DNA of 64,000 bases from Flavobacteriaceae bacterium (lineage in GTDB: Bacteria > Bacteroidota > Bacteroidia > Flavobacteriales > Flavobacteriaceae): contig NZMG01000030.1 in NCBI GenBank assembly GCA_002694465.1, positions 3,488-67,487 of the forward strand, read 5' to 3'. Made by a program: the position numbers and the translations under genes. Shown in pieces: positions 35,584 through 46,697 of this stretch; the stretch's first letter is position 1, and every line of letters begins with the position of its first letter. Under the pieces are notes generated by a model, which made no database searches, was not told the DNA's origin, and saw only the letters and a list, made by a program, of their open reading frames with translations.

Positions 35584-38559
35584 ATGAAACAAAACGACTT
35601 TAAATTCAGGATACTCCTGTTTTTATTAATTTCCCCTTTTTTGATGGTGGCACAGGTGTCACTCTCGGGGAAAGTAAACAGCGATAAAGGGGATACTGTT
35701 CCCTTTGTAAACGTTATTGAGAAAGGAACATCCAATGGTACAACTACTGATATGGATGGTAATTATCGCATTGAGGTTTCTAGTCTTCCAGCGACATTAG
35801 TGTTTTCTTCTCTTGGATATGAAACATTCGAACAGTCTGTATCAGCAGCTGGGGTAGTGAATGTGACCATAAAGGAATCTGCAGAATCTTTAGAAGAGGT
35901 TGTTATTACAGGATTGGCTACATCTGTTAAACGGAGTAATTCTGCTAATGCAGTAGCTTCCCTTTCTGCCGAAGACATAACAGGGATAACACCTCCACCT
36001 ACTTTAGATGGGGCGTTATATGGTAAATTTCCTGGTGCTATTGTTAGTGCCAATTCGGGAGCTCCTGGAGGAGGTTTATCTGTTAAACTTCGTGGAGCAA
36101 CGTCACTTCAAGGAAACATACAACCATTATATATTATTGATGGAGTGTATGTAGATAACTCTTCATTTGCAGCAGGGTTAAATGCAGTTTCTGCAGCGGC
36201 GGCCGGTGGGAGTGCTTCAAATCAAGATAACCCAACAAATCGTATAGCAGATATTAATCCAGACGATATTGCCAATATCGAAATTTTAAAAGGAGCATCT
36301 GCAGCTGCTATTTATGGATCTAGAGCGGCAGCTGGGGTGGTTATCATTACAACCAAAAGAGGAAAATCTGGAGAAACAAAATTTAGATTTTCTCAATCTG
36401 TTGGATGGACAGAAGCCATAAACTTATTAGGTGTAAGAGACTATACCTATGATAGAGTTTTAGACACTTTTGGTGAGAGTGCTGCTAACGATTTTCAAGC
36501 TGCTCAAAATAGTAATTCACTAGTGGATTATGAAAAAGAGATTTTTGGGAATAGTGGTCTTTTGTTAAGCACTAATTTTAATATGAGTGGAGGTAATGAA
36601 AAGTCTAAATTTTATGCAGGTGTTAGTCATAATAATGACAAAGGCATTGTGAAAAATTCTGGATATGAGAAAATTTCATTCCGTCTTAATTTAGATCATA
36701 AAGCCACAGATTGGTTAAAATTTGGGCTTAGTTCCAATTATATTTACTCGTCTTCAAATAGAGGATTCTTCAATAATGATAATTCTGGAACAACTATAGG
36801 GATTGCTTTAACAGCAACGAGACCTTGGGATAAATTATTTCCAAACGAAGATGGAGTTTTCCCAGACCATCCAAACAACTCTTCAAATCCACTACAGACT
36901 ATTGAGCGAGTGACTAATAATGAGAAAGTAAATCGTATCATAATGGGAGGTTCCATGAATATGGATATTTATAAGGCTGAAAGTTCGAACCTTGAATTAA
37001 TTTTAAGAGGGGGTCTTGACTTTTACGGTCAACAATCTAGAGCAATTTTTCCAAAAGATTTACAATTTATGAAGCCTAGCAATGGTGGATTAAATGGTGT
37101 TTCGGTTCAGGGAGATACACAAAACAAAAACTACAACTTATCTGCATTTTTAGTTCATAATTTTTTCACTAATAATGATATTAATTTTAGAACCCAAGCA
37201 GGTATTACCAATGAATTTTTTGATACAAACACACAATTAATTACTGCTAGTGGGTTAGTTGCTTCTGAAACAAATGTGGATCAAGCGGCAAACACAGGAG
37301 TTGTGCAGACTAGGTTGCAACAGGAGGATTCAGGATTCTTTGTTCAAGAGGAAATTAACTTTCAAGATATGTTTATTGTTACAGCAGGTCTTAGAGGAGA
37401 TAAATCTTCAAATAATGGAGATGCTAATAAATTATATTACTATCCAAAAGGATCATTGGCAATTAATTTAAATGAATTTGGTTTCTGGAGTGAATCTTCA
37501 AAATGGAATCAGTTTAAGTTAAGAGCGGCCTATGGAGAAGCTGGTAATTTCCCTCCGTTTGGGGCATTATTTACATCCTATACATCATTTACAACCGAAG
37601 GCTTACTTGGTATTAGTTTACGCGGGGTAAGAGGAGATGCTGCCATTAATCCAGAAAGACAAAAGGAACTAGAATTTGGTACAGATTTAGGCTTTTTTAA
37701 CGGAAGACTTTCATTATCTGGAACCTATTATATTAAAACAATCGATGACTTAATTTTAAATTCTTCTTTACCTCCATCTTCTGGATTTACAACAGAATTT
37801 GTTAACGCTGGAGAATTACAAAATAAAGGGATTGAATTAGGTTTAAATGCCACTCCTTTTGAAAGTGATAACTTTTCTTGGGATATAGGGGTTAACTGGT
37901 TTAAGAATAAATCTGAAATCACAAGATTGGATGTAGAGCCATTTAATGTAGGTGCTTTTGGGGCAACCTTAGGGACGTACAGAATTGAAGAAGGATTTAG
38001 CGCCACTCAAATTGTTGGAATTGGACCAAATCCAGGTCCCAACGGATTCCAAGTTTGGGGAGATTCTGAACCTGATTTCCAAATGGGTGTCAATAACTCA
38101 TTGCGATATAAAAATGTTGACTTATCGTTCTTGTTTCAGTGGAAAAAAGGAGGTGATAATATTAACTTAAGCGCCTTGTTAACAGATCTTAACGGAACCA
38201 GTCATGATTATGATACTATAGACCTAGATCCTAATGGGGAACTTGGTAATGGTCCATATAGAGTAAGCCAATTGGGGTCTTCTGCAGGAGTATTTGTAGA
38301 AGATGCTTCGTATTTGCGTTTGCGTGAATTGGGGATTTATTATACTGTACCAGGGAAGATGTTAGCAAATGTACTTAATGGAAGTATTGATTCTGTGAAA
38401 TTTGGATTCTCAGGAACTAATATAATTAACATATTTGATTATAATAGTTACGATCCAGAAGTTTCAAACTTTGGAGGAGGAACCATATTTACTGGAGTAG
38501 AGGTGACTCCTTTTCCTTCATCCAAAAGATTTTTGTTCCACATAGCGGTTAACTTTTAA
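35584..38559 (+). CDS. SusC/RagA family TonB-dependent transporter
   Basis: PLYIIDGV, IEILKGASAAAIYGSRAAAGVVIITTKRG, C-terminal VNF. Confidence 0.96.
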   Translation: MKQNDFKFRILLFLLISPFLMVAQVSLSGKVNSDKGDTVPFVNVIEKGTSNGTTTDMDGNYRIEVSSLPATLVFSSLGYETFEQSVSAAGVVNVTIKESAESLEEVVITGLATSVKRSNSANAVASLSAEDITGITPPPTLDGALYGKFPGAIVSANSGAPGGGLSVKLRGATSLQGNIQPLYIIDGVYVDNSSFAAGLNAVSAAAAGGSASNQDNPTNRIADINPDDIANIEILKGASAAAIYGSRAAAGVVIITTKRGKSGETKFRFSQSVGWTEAINLLGVRDYTYDRVLDTFGESAANDFQAAQNSNSLVDYEKEIFGNSGLLLSTNFNMSGGNEKSKFYAGVSHNNDKGIVKNSGYEKISFRLNLDHKATDWLKFGLSSNYIYSSSNRGFFNNDNSGTTIGIALTATRPWDKLFPNEDGVFPDHPNNSSNPLQTIERVTNNEKVNRIIMGGSMNMDIYKAESSNLELILRGGLDFYGQQSRAIFPKDLQFMKPSNGGLNGVSVQGDTQNKNYNLSAFLVHNFFTNNDINFRTQAGITNEFFDTNTQLITASGLVASETNVDQAANTGVVQTRLQQEDSGFFVQEEINFQDMFIVTAGLRGDKSSNNGDANKLYYYPKGSLAINLNEFGFWSESSKWNQFKLRAAYGEAGNFPPFGALFTSYTSFTTEGLLGISLRGVRGDAAINPERQKELEFGTDLGFFNGRLSLSGTYYIKTIDDLILNSSLPPSSGFTTEFVNAGELQNKGIELGLNATPFESDNFSWDIGVNWFKNKSEITRLDVEPFNVGAFGATLGTYRIEEGFSATQIVGIGPNPGPNGFQVWGDSEPDFQMGVNNSLRYKNVDLSFLFQWKKGGDNINLSALLTDLNGTSHDYDTIDLDPNGELGNGPYRVSQLGSSAGVFVEDASYLRLRELGIYYTVPGKMLANVLNGSIDSVKFGFSGTNIINIFDYNSYDPEVSNFGGGTIFTGVEVTPFPSSKRFLFHIAVNF

Positions 38560-38565
38560 AATAAA

Positions 38566-39912
38566 ATGATTATGAAAAAACATATATATAAATTTTTATT
38601 CTTACTCGCGATTACAGGAACGTTTTTCTCTTGTAACGTAGAAGAATTTTCAGACTTAAATAATCCTGAAGTAGATGCTTTTAGTGAAAGTCTTACTCGA
38701 GGGGATTTGCAAGATTTAGTATCTGGAGTATTATATAGCTCTAGAGTTGGTCTTGGTACTTATTTTGACGATTGTGGCGTTATAGGAAGAGAGTATTGGA
38801 GGTTTTCAAGTTCCGATCCTAGATTTACATCAGACCTATTAGGAGGAAGTAACGCCGTGTTAGATAACAACACATTTTACTTGACCATTCCTTGGGCAGC
38901 TCGATATAGAACAGTTAAAAATGCTAACTTGATTTTAGGCTTTTTAGATAGTCAAGATTTATCGGGTCAATTTACAACTCAGGAAATAAATGCAACAAGA
39001 GGTTTCTTGAAAACATTTATTGCTCACGAATTGTTGTTAAACCTTAACTTAACAGATGAAAACGGAATACGAATAGATGTTTCTGATGCCAACAATCTTG
39101 GAGCATTTGTTTCTAAAAGCGAAGCACTTTCTGCTATTAGAACTATGTTAACAGATGCCGCCTCAGACCTAAACAATGGGGGAGGGAGTTTTCCATTTTC
39201 CTTAACCTCTGGCTTTGGTGCTTTTAACACTCCATCGAGTTTTGCTCAAGTATCTCATGCGCTAGCAGCACGGGTTGCCGCGTATCAAGGAGACGCCTCT
39301 GCAGTATTATCACACCTAGGAAGTTCATTCTTTAATTTGGATGGATCCGATCTTTCCACAGGGCTGTATTATAATTTTTCAACAGACCAAACAGGATTAT
39401 TGAATCCAATGTTTTTCCCTGTTGAAGCTACCACAGCAGGTGCTAGGATTATGCATCCTTCCTTCTTAGCAGATGCTGAGGAAGGGGATAGTAGACTTAG
39501 TAAAGTAGCGCAACGTAGCGAAGCATTAACATTGGATAATTTAACAGGTGACTACTCTGTGTTTTTATATTCATCAAATTCTGATGCAATACCAATGATA
39601 CGTAATGAAGAGCTAATCCTTTTATATGCTGAAGCTAATATTACTGTAAATCCTGGTGAAGCAGTAAACGCGCTTAATGTAATAAGAGCAAGTGCTGGTT
39701 TAGACCCTTATACTGGAGCAACAGATACCGAATCTTTAATAGAAGAAATGCTTACTCAAAGAAGGTATTCTTTGTATGCAGAAGGACATCGTTGGATTGA
39801 TGTGAGACGATATAATCGATTGGATACCTTGCCTATTGATAGAGTAGATAGCGAAGGTAACCCCGACGATGTTTGGAGTTCATTCCCTATTCCATTAACA
39901 GAAAATCAATAA
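38566..39912 (+). CDS. SusD/RagB family nutrient-binding lipoprotein
   Basis: Lipobox FFS-C, IRNEELILLYAEA, RRYSLYAEGHRWIDVRR. Confidence 0.95.
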   Translation: MIMKKHIYKFLFLLAITGTFFSCNVEEFSDLNNPEVDAFSESLTRGDLQDLVSGVLYSSRVGLGTYFDDCGVIGREYWRFSSSDPRFTSDLLGGSNAVLDNNTFYLTIPWAARYRTVKNANLILGFLDSQDLSGQFTTQEINATRGFLKTFIAHELLLNLNLTDENGIRIDVSDANNLGAFVSKSEALSAIRTMLTDAASDLNNGGGSFPFSLTSGFGAFNTPSSFAQVSHALAARVAAYQGDASAVLSHLGSSFFNLDGSDLSTGLYYNFSTDQTGLLNPMFFPVEATTAGARIMHPSFLADAEEGDSRLSKVAQRSEALTLDNLTGDYSVFLYSSNSDAIPMIRNEELILLYAEANITVNPGEAVNALNVIRASAGLDPYTGATDTESLIEEMLTQRRYSLYAEGHRWIDVRRYNRLDTLPIDRVDSEGNPDDVWSSFPIPLTENQ

Positions 39913-39933
39913 GTATATTTAATTTTTAAAATG

Positions 39934-39967
39934 AAAAAAGCCCTTCAGAATTTTGAAGGGCTTTTTT
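39934..39967. terminator. Bidirectional terminator
   Basis: aaaaaagcccttca-gaattt-tgaagggctttttt. Confidence 0.9.
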
Positions 39968-39980
39968 ATAAAATTGGGAT

Positions 39981-42900
39981 TTAAGCTTCAGTTGTTATTT
40001 CATCAATTTCTTTGATCACTGGTCGTGTCTTTCTTCGTAACCATATTTTAAATTTAGTAATTAAAAAGAAAAGTACTGGGACAATAATCAGTGTCAAAAA
40101 TGTTGCAATAAATAATCCATAAATTACTGTCCAAGCCAAAGGCCCCCAGAACACAACATTATCCCCTCCCATATAAATGTTAGGGTCAAAATCTTTAAAT
40201 AATGTAAAAAAGTTAATATTAAATCCAATGGCAAGTGGTATTAAACCAAAGATGGTTGTAATGGCTGTTAAAAGCACTGGGCGTAAACGGGCCCTACCTG
40301 CTTGAACAATTGTGTTTAATAAATCATCTATGTCTAAATATTCATCCTCGTCCATGTCAAGCGCTACTTTTTTTCTGTCAATTAATAACTGAGCGTAATC
40401 CAGTAAAACAACTCCGTTGTTAACAACTACTCCAGCGAGCGAGATAATACCCACCATAGTCATCATAATTACGAAGGCACTACCCGTAATTACAATCCCG
40501 CCGAAAACGCCAATTAAGCTTAAGAAAATAGCCAACATTATAATAGTTGGTTTTGAAATGGAGTTAAATTGAAATATTAATATAAAGAAGATTAAACCTA
40601 ATCCAGTAAAAAAGGCACCCATTAAAAAGGCCATTTGTTTATTCTGTTCTTCAATTTGCCCCGTATAATCTACTTTTACACTATTCGGCATATTTTCAAA
40701 ACTTCGCATCTCATTTTGAATTTGTGTTACCACCGCGCCTGCATCTGTATATCCTGGTGCCAATGCCGAATATACTGTTACCACACGCTTTGTATCTTTA
40801 TGCTTAATAGCGCTAAACCCAGAAGAATTTTCATAATCGGCTACCGCAGAGACTGGGATTTCTTTAATTTGTCCCGAAGCCATGTCTCTAAATGTAATTT
40901 TTTGATTAAATAAAGCGCTTTTATCGTATCTATTCTCTTCATTGAAACGAACGTAAATGTCAAAGTCATCACCATCCTCTTTATAAATTCCTGCTTTACT
41001 ACCAAAAATAGAGTTTCGTAATTGTTGGCCAATTTGTGAAGCACTCACACCAAGCTCTCCAGCTTTTTCACGATCTACCACAACCCTAGTAATAGGTTTG
41101 TCTTTGTTTACATCAATTTTGAGTTCATCTATACCGGCAATATTTTTGGTATTTATATACTCACGCATTTGTTCTGCGATATTAATTAATTGGTCATAAT
41201 CATCGCCTTCAATTTCTATATTAATGGGTGCTCCTGCAGGAGGTCCAGCGGCATCTTTTTCAACAGAGATTAAAACCCCAGGATATATTCCTACCAATGC
41301 TTCTTGAACTTTTTGACGCAAAAGCTCACTGTTTTCTCCTCTTCGGTATTTAAACTCCCTCATGGAAGCAGTAATTTTTGCTTTATGAGGCATTTCGGCG
41401 GCGGAACCTCCGTCTGTTTGTGGGTTTCCAGCTCCTTCACCTACTTGAGATACTGCGTTTTCTACCAAGAAATTATACGAACCATCCTTGTACTGTTCAT
41501 TGTCTAAAACTTGATAGACTCGTTCTTCAATTTGTTTCGTAATGGCATTGGTTTTTTCAATGGCAGTACCTTCTGGGTATTCTATATATACAATAATTTG
41601 GTTAGGAATATTATCTGGGAAAAATTCTACTTTAGTGCGTTGGGTTCCTAAGGAAACTCCAAATGTGACAAAAGCAATAATTAATAATAAGAAGGTACCT
41701 ATACTCATTGCATAAGGGCGCCAACTTGTTAATGCCCAGCGAAGGGTTTTTTCATAAAAACGCTCAAGCTTTACGAGAGTAACCGTTTGGAAGCGATTGG
41801 CCAACTTACGTAAAAACAATCGATATATCCAAAGCATAATGGCTGTAAAAACCATTAAGGTTCCCAAGGCTCTGTACTCACCAGCAACAAAATATACAAT
41901 GAGCCCGAGTAAGGCCATGATACTGGTTAAAATAATAATTCTTTTAAGTGGCATGTCCTTATCTTCAATGCTCATGAATTGAGAGACTAACACCGAATTA
42001 AAGAAAATAGCTACAAAGAGTGATGATCCTAGAACAATAGATAGGGTTTGTGGTAAAATCATCATAAATTCTCCCATAATACCTGGCCATAATCCTAAAG
42101 GAATAAAAGCCGCTACCGTTGTGGCTGTTGAAATAATGATAGGAAAAGCAATTTCTCCAATACCCTTTTTGGCAGCCTGAATGCGAGACATGCCTTCTTC
42201 ATCCATTAAGCGATACACATTTTCAACCACTACAATACCATTATCCACAAGCATTCCTAGACCCATAATAAGTCCAAATAATACCATAGTGTTTAGGGTG
42301 ATGCCAAACATGTTTAAAATCATTAACGACATAAACATGGACATAGGGATAGCAAACCCCACAAATATGGCGTTTTTGAAACCAAGGAAAAACATCAATA
42401 CGGTTACAACTAGGATTACCCCAAAAATGATGTTATTTACTAGGTCGTCAACCTGGCCAATGGTGACCGAAGATTGATCGTTTGCAATGGTTACTTTTAA
42501 ATCTGGTGGAAATACATTTTCAATTGCATTTTTTACAATAATTTGAATCTGCTCGGCCGCCGCCACCATGTTTTTCCCAGCACGTTTTTTAACGTCTAGC
42601 ATAACAACTGGAGCGCCAAACTCCCTTGCAAAAGTCGTTTTATCTTCTTCTTTAAAAGTTACGGTAGCAACATCCTTTAAATAAATAGGGTTGTCATTCT
42701 CAGATTTAACTACAAAATTTTCTAATTGCGAGGGGGATTCAATCTCACCAAGAATGCGGATGGTTCTTCTTTGTCCACTGGCGATCATATTTCCAGCAGA
42801 CATAGTAACATTACCCGAGTTAATAGCACCAATAATGTCACTAAACGTTACTTGTGAAGCCATCATTTTATAGATATCCACAGCAACTTCTACTTCTTTT

Positions 42901-43487
42901 TCTTGGGCACCTCTAATGGCAACTTCCTTTATTTCAAGTAAGTCTTCAATTTCATCCTGAAGATACTCCCCATATTCTTTAAGTTTTTCAACTGGGTAAT
43001 CTCCCGAAATATTAATATTTAGAATTGGAATTTCTTCTGAAAGACTCAGCTCAAAAACATCTGGTTCTACCTTAGCTTCATTAAACGTAGGCCAATCTTC
43101 ACCTGCTGTTATAGATTCTACTTCATCCTTTACTTTTAATTTGGCTTCTTCTACGGTAATGTTTTCGTCGAATTCCACTATAATTATGGAATAATCTTCT
43201 GAAGAAGTGGAAGTAATTTCAACCACATTGCTTACCGTTTTTAACTCATCTTCTAACGGATCGGTGATGAGTTTTTCAATATCTTCTGCAGTGTTCCCTG
43301 GATATACTGTACTAACATAAATTTTAGTTTCATTTACCTCTGGGAAGTTTTCTCGAGGCATATCAAAAAAGGCACTTAACCCTAAGTAAAAGAAAACCAA
43401 AATAAGCACATATATTGTAGTCTTATTGTTAATAGCCCATGAGGAGAGTTTAAACTCTTTATCGACTTTTTTCTGTCTTTCGGTCAT
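39981..43487 (-). CDS. RND efflux permease (AcrB/AcrD/AcrF family)
   Basis: GMLVDNGIVVVENVYR, VVVNNGVVLLD, RARLRPVLLTAITT. Confidence 0.95.
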   Translation of the reverse strand: MTERQKKVDKEFKLSSWAINNKTTIYVLILVFFYLGLSAFFDMPRENFPEVNETKIYVSTVYPGNTAEDIEKLITDPLEDELKTVSNVVEITSTSSEDYSIIIVEFDENITVEEAKLKVKDEVESITAGEDWPTFNEAKVEPDVFELSLSEEIPILNINISGDYPVEKLKEYGEYLQDEIEDLLEIKEVAIRGAQEKEVEVAVDIYKMMASQVTFSDIIGAINSGNVTMSAGNMIASGQRRTIRILGEIESPSQLENFVVKSENDNPIYLKDVATVTFKEEDKTTFAREFGAPVVMLDVKKRAGKNMVAAAEQIQIIVKNAIENVFPPDLKVTIANDQSSVTIGQVDDLVNNIIFGVILVVTVLMFFLGFKNAIFVGFAIPMSMFMSLMILNMFGITLNTMVLFGLIMGLGMLVDNGIVVVENVYRLMDEEGMSRIQAAKKGIGEIAFPIIISTATTVAAFIPLGLWPGIMGEFMMILPQTLSIVLGSSLFVAIFFNSVLVSQFMSIEDKDMPLKRIIILTSIMALLGLIVYFVAGEYRALGTLMVFTAIMLWIYRLFLRKLANRFQTVTLVKLERFYEKTLRWALTSWRPYAMSIGTFLLLIIAFVTFGVSLGTQRTKVEFFPDNIPNQIIVYIEYPEGTAIEKTNAITKQIEERVYQVLDNEQYKDGSYNFLVENAVSQVGEGAGNPQTDGGSAAEMPHKAKITASMREFKYRRGENSELLRQKVQEALVGIYPGVLISVEKDAAGPPAGAPINIEIEGDDYDQLINIAEQMREYINTKNIAGIDELKIDVNKDKPITRVVVDREKAGELGVSASQIGQQLRNSIFGSKAGIYKEDGDDFDIYVRFNEENRYDKSALFNQKITFRDMASGQIKEIPVSAVADYENSSGFSAIKHKDTKRVVTVYSALAPGYTDAGAVVTQIQNEMRSFENMPNSVKVDYTGQIEEQNKQMAFLMGAFFTGLGLIFFILIFQFNSISKPTIIMLAIFLSLIGVFGGIVITGSAFVIMMTMVGIISLAGVVVNNGVVLLDYAQLLIDRKKVALDMDEDEYLDIDDLLNTIVQAGRARLRPVLLTAITTIFGLIPLAIGFNINFFTLFKDFDPNIYMGGDNVVFWGPLAWTVIYGLFIATFLTLIIVPVLFFLITKFKIWLRRKTRPVIKEIDEITTEA

Positions 43488-43509
43488 GTTTTAGTTTTTT
43501 GTTGGGTTG

Positions 43510-44697
43510 TTAGTTTTTTGAAGTTGACTCTTCGTATTCTATTACCTTAACAGGCTGGTTGTCTTTTACACTCCGTGCGCCTTCTTTAATAATTTCGGTG
43601 CCAGATTTTATGCCAGAAAGCACTTCAATAACATCTCCTTGTGTTTTTCCTGTGGTAATAATCACTTTTTTGGCAATTCCTTCATTTTCAGAATTCTTGT
43701 TGTCGACAACATATACATATTGTTCCCCTTGTGCATTTTCAGAAATAATACTTTGCGGAATTAAGATGGCTTTTTCATTGGTGTAATCATTAATCTTAAG
43801 TTTGGCTGTAAGATTTGGTTTTACCAAATGATCTTTGTTGGGAATACTCACTTCCACCTTAAATGTTCTATTGGCTGGATTAATAAAATCACCTGCTTGT
43901 CGCACTTGCGTTTCAAAGGTTTTTCCTAAAACTGGAAATTCTGCCATAACAGTTTTTCCTTTGGTTACATCACTTATATAACTTTCTGGAACTTCGGTTT
44001 CAATGTACATATTGTTTAAATTTACAATACGTAATAGTGGTGTTTGGCCAGCTGCTACAACGCTACCTTGCTCTGTAATTACATCGTCAATAGTTCCAGA
44101 AAACGGTGCTCTAACAATTGTTTTAGCTACTTGCTGTTGCAATTGACTAACAGCTCTAGATTGGGCTTCGTAATTAGATTTGGCTTGTAGGTATTGAATT
44201 TCACTTCCTATTTTTTGATCCCATAATCTTTTTTGACGCTCAAAAGTAGTTTTTGCTAATTCTGCTTGTATTTCTAGTTGTGCTAACTGCTGCCCTAAGC
44301 CGCCGTCATCAATTTTTGCTAAGGCTTGTCCGCGACTCACTTTTTGCCCTTCTTTTACATAGACATTAGTAAGAATACCATTATATTCTGGTGTTACCAC
44401 CAAAAGGTCTTTTGTAGTAACACTTCCTTGTACTTCAAAAAAGTGGTTAAATAATTCTTCTTTTGCTGTTATACTTGTAATTAAAGGTACGTGCTTTACA
44501 GTATCCAATTTACTAATGGCTTCATCTATCGTTTTTAGTTCTTCTTGAATTTCCGTTTGCTTAGTTACAATTTCTGCTCTTTTTGCTCGTATGGCTTCTA
44601 GATTTCCAGATTCAATAATAGCTTCAGTTGATTTTTTATCCCCTCCACAGGAAACCAATACTAAGGCTGTAAGAAATAGGATGGATATTTTTTTCAT
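43510..44697 (-). CDS. RND periplasmic adaptor (membrane fusion lipoprotein)
   Basis: Lipobox VLVS-C, VKEGQKVSRGQAL, VRAPFSGTI, ANRTFKVEV. Confidence 0.93.
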   Translation of the reverse strand: MKKISILFLTALVLVSCGGDKKSTEAIIESGNLEAIRAKRAEIVTKQTEIQEELKTIDEAISKLDTVKHVPLITSITAKEELFNHFFEVQGSVTTKDLLVVTPEYNGILTNVYVKEGQKVSRGQALAKIDDGGLGQQLAQLEIQAELAKTTFERQKRLWDQKIGSEIQYLQAKSNYEAQSRAVSQLQQQVAKTIVRAPFSGTIDDVITEQGSVVAAGQTPLLRIVNLNNMYIETEVPESYISDVTKGKTVMAEFPVLGKTFETQVRQAGDFINPANRTFKVEVSIPNKDHLVKPNLTAKLKINDYTNEKAILIPQSIISENAQGEQYVYVVDNKNSENEGIAKKVIITTGKTQGDVIEVLSGIKSGTEIIKEGARSVKDNQPVKVIEYEESTSKN

Positions 44698-44723
44698 GAG
44701 TGTGTTTTTATGTGGCTAATTTT

Positions 44724-46073
44724 TTAGTTGTTGAATTGTACAGTATTTAATACTGTTTCTAGTTGTGTTTTGGCATTGATTACATCAAGCATGGACTGAA
44801 AATACTGTTGCTGGGCAGAATAAAGTTGTATTTGCGCTTGACGTAAATCGAAACTTGTTGAAAGTCCTTCGGTAAATTTTATCTGATTTTTATTTTCGAT
44901 ACGTTCTGCTAGTGCTAGGTTTTTCTTGGCATTTTCGTACTTATCGATGCTAAATTGGTAATCACTTTTTGCGGAGTCAAACTGAAGCTTTACATTTTGA
45001 ATGGTCTCTTCCAATTGTGTTTTTGATTGGTCCAAAGCAATTCTGGCTTGCTGAGTTCTTGCGCCGCGCATGCCACTACTAAAAATGGGAATGTTCATAC
45101 TTACCCCAAGAATGGAGGATTGATACCAAATTTGATCATTGTCTAAAAAGGTAAAACTATCACTATTTGCCTGAGTGCCATAATTAACAAAGGCCGAAAG
45201 GCGAGGTAAGGCACGACTTTTTTCCAATTTCATTTCTAACGAACGTTGTTCGGTAAGGTTGTATGCAATTTTATAGTCGACATTATTCTCTATAGAAAGA
45301 TCTTCTGTTAAGGTAGTTAACTGAATATTTTCTTTAGTAAGCTCATCGAGATTTTGGGTTAAAATAACTTTGGCGTTAATATCAATCCCAAGTGATGCGT
45401 TAAACATTTGCTTGGCAATACCTTCCATTCGCTCTGCATTGTTGAGGTTGGTTTCAATATCCAAAAGCGTAACTTCTAGTTGTTCTACGTTTTCTTCTTC
45501 GGTGAGTCCGTTTTCATAAATTTTCTGAGTTTCGAAGAGATTTTTTTCAAGATTCTCTTTATTCTTTCTGAAAATGGCTACAAGTTCTTCGGCAAGTAAA
45601 ACACTTCCGTAGGCATTAATAACACCTTTTCGAACTTCCAACTGTGTTTTTTCGTTTGCATTTTCAGAATAATCTAGAAAAGCTTTTGCTGCTTGTAGCC
45701 CTACAAGATAGCTTCCGTCAAAAATAAGTTGTTCTAGTGTTGCTACTGCATTTGCACTTTGCTTAGTGCCAAAAACGACAGGTGAAAAAGTGCCAGGCTC
45801 GCCTCCAAAAAATTCTGAAGGAATTAAAGAAACAGGCTGTTTTAAATTGTTATTGTACGAGACGTTTCCGTTGATTTGCGGAAGTCCCGTGGCAGTTGTT
45901 TCCCATTTCTTTTTGATGGCCTTTGCAATGTCTCTTTTGGCGTTCAGAGCAGTGTAATTACTGTCTAGCGCAAAAGTAACTGCTTCTTCCAAAGAAAAAG
46001 AATAGGTTTTTTCTTGGGAAAAGGCAATGACTGAATAGAAAACAAAAATGATTAAGGTGAGTTTTTTAGTCAT
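44724..46073 (-). CDS. TolC family outer membrane efflux protein
   Basis: SLEEAVTFAL, LPQING, ALPRLSA, KFTEGLSTSFDL. Confidence 0.92.
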   Translation of the reverse strand: MTKKLTLIIFVFYSVIAFSQEKTYSFSLEEAVTFALDSNYTALNAKRDIAKAIKKKWETTATGLPQINGNVSYNNNLKQPVSLIPSEFFGGEPGTFSPVVFGTKQSANAVATLEQLIFDGSYLVGLQAAKAFLDYSENANEKTQLEVRKGVINAYGSVLLAEELVAIFRKNKENLEKNLFETQKIYENGLTEEENVEQLEVTLLDIETNLNNAERMEGIAKQMFNASLGIDINAKVILTQNLDELTKENIQLTTLTEDLSIENNVDYKIAYNLTEQRSLEMKLEKSRALPRLSAFVNYGTQANSDSFTFLDNDQIWYQSSILGVSMNIPIFSSGMRGARTQQARIALDQSKTQLEETIQNVKLQFDSAKSDYQFSIDKYENAKKNLALAERIENKNQIKFTEGLSTSFDLRQAQIQLYSAQQQYFQSMLDVINAKTQLETVLNTVQFNN

Positions 46074-46674
46074 TGGTTTTTGTATTGATGAATTGGTTTA
46101 GTATTTCTTTTCCTTTGTCTGTTACGATTCCTCTAAGGTGATATTCCAGATAATCTTCCATTATCATAATTTTAGGGAATTGGTGGGTAGGGAAAATAGT
46201 TTCATTGTTAATTTCGCTGAGTGCCAAAAAGTATATTCTTGAAATAAAGTCGATGTTAATGTTTTTACGGTAATAGCCACCTTCTACACCTCTCTTAAGG
46301 TTGTCCACCGTGCATTGGTTCATGTTTTCAAACTTCATCTCTCTTATCATAGCATATATCTCAGGATAATACTTTTGAAGTTGGTATTGCGGTGATGCTT
46401 TTTCGTTTTTAAGCTGTAGCATCGCAAATTTTTTAATCTCATATAACTCCTCAATTGGGTTTTTCTCTTGCGATATTATATGATCAATCCCGCACGTAAT
46501 AGTATGAAAAACAGAGAGCACAGTTTCTTTTATTAATTGCGTTTTATTTTCAAAATGAGAATAAATAGTTTTCTTTGAGATCCCCATTTCATTAGCAATA
46601 TCATCCATGGTCACACTTTTAAAACCAAGGTTTATAAACATCTCTGCTGCTTTTTGTATAATTTTTTCTTTCAT
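46066..46674 (-). CDS. TetR/AcrR family transcriptional regulator
   Basis: GFKSVTMDDIANEMGISKKTIYSHF helix-turn-helix. Start reassigned to MKEKII (46674). Confidence 0.93.
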   Translation of the reverse strand: MKEKIIQKAAEMFINLGFKSVTMDDIANEMGISKKTIYSHFENKTQLIKETVLSVFHTITCGIDHIISQEKNPIEELYEIKKFAMLQLKNEKASPQYQLQKYYPEIYAMIREMKFENMNQCTVDNLKRGVEGGYYRKNINIDFISRIYFLALSEINNETIFPTHQFPKIMIMEDYLEYHLRGIVTDKGKEILNQFINTKTND

Positions 46675-46697
46675 AATAGGGGGTAAAAGTAACATAA

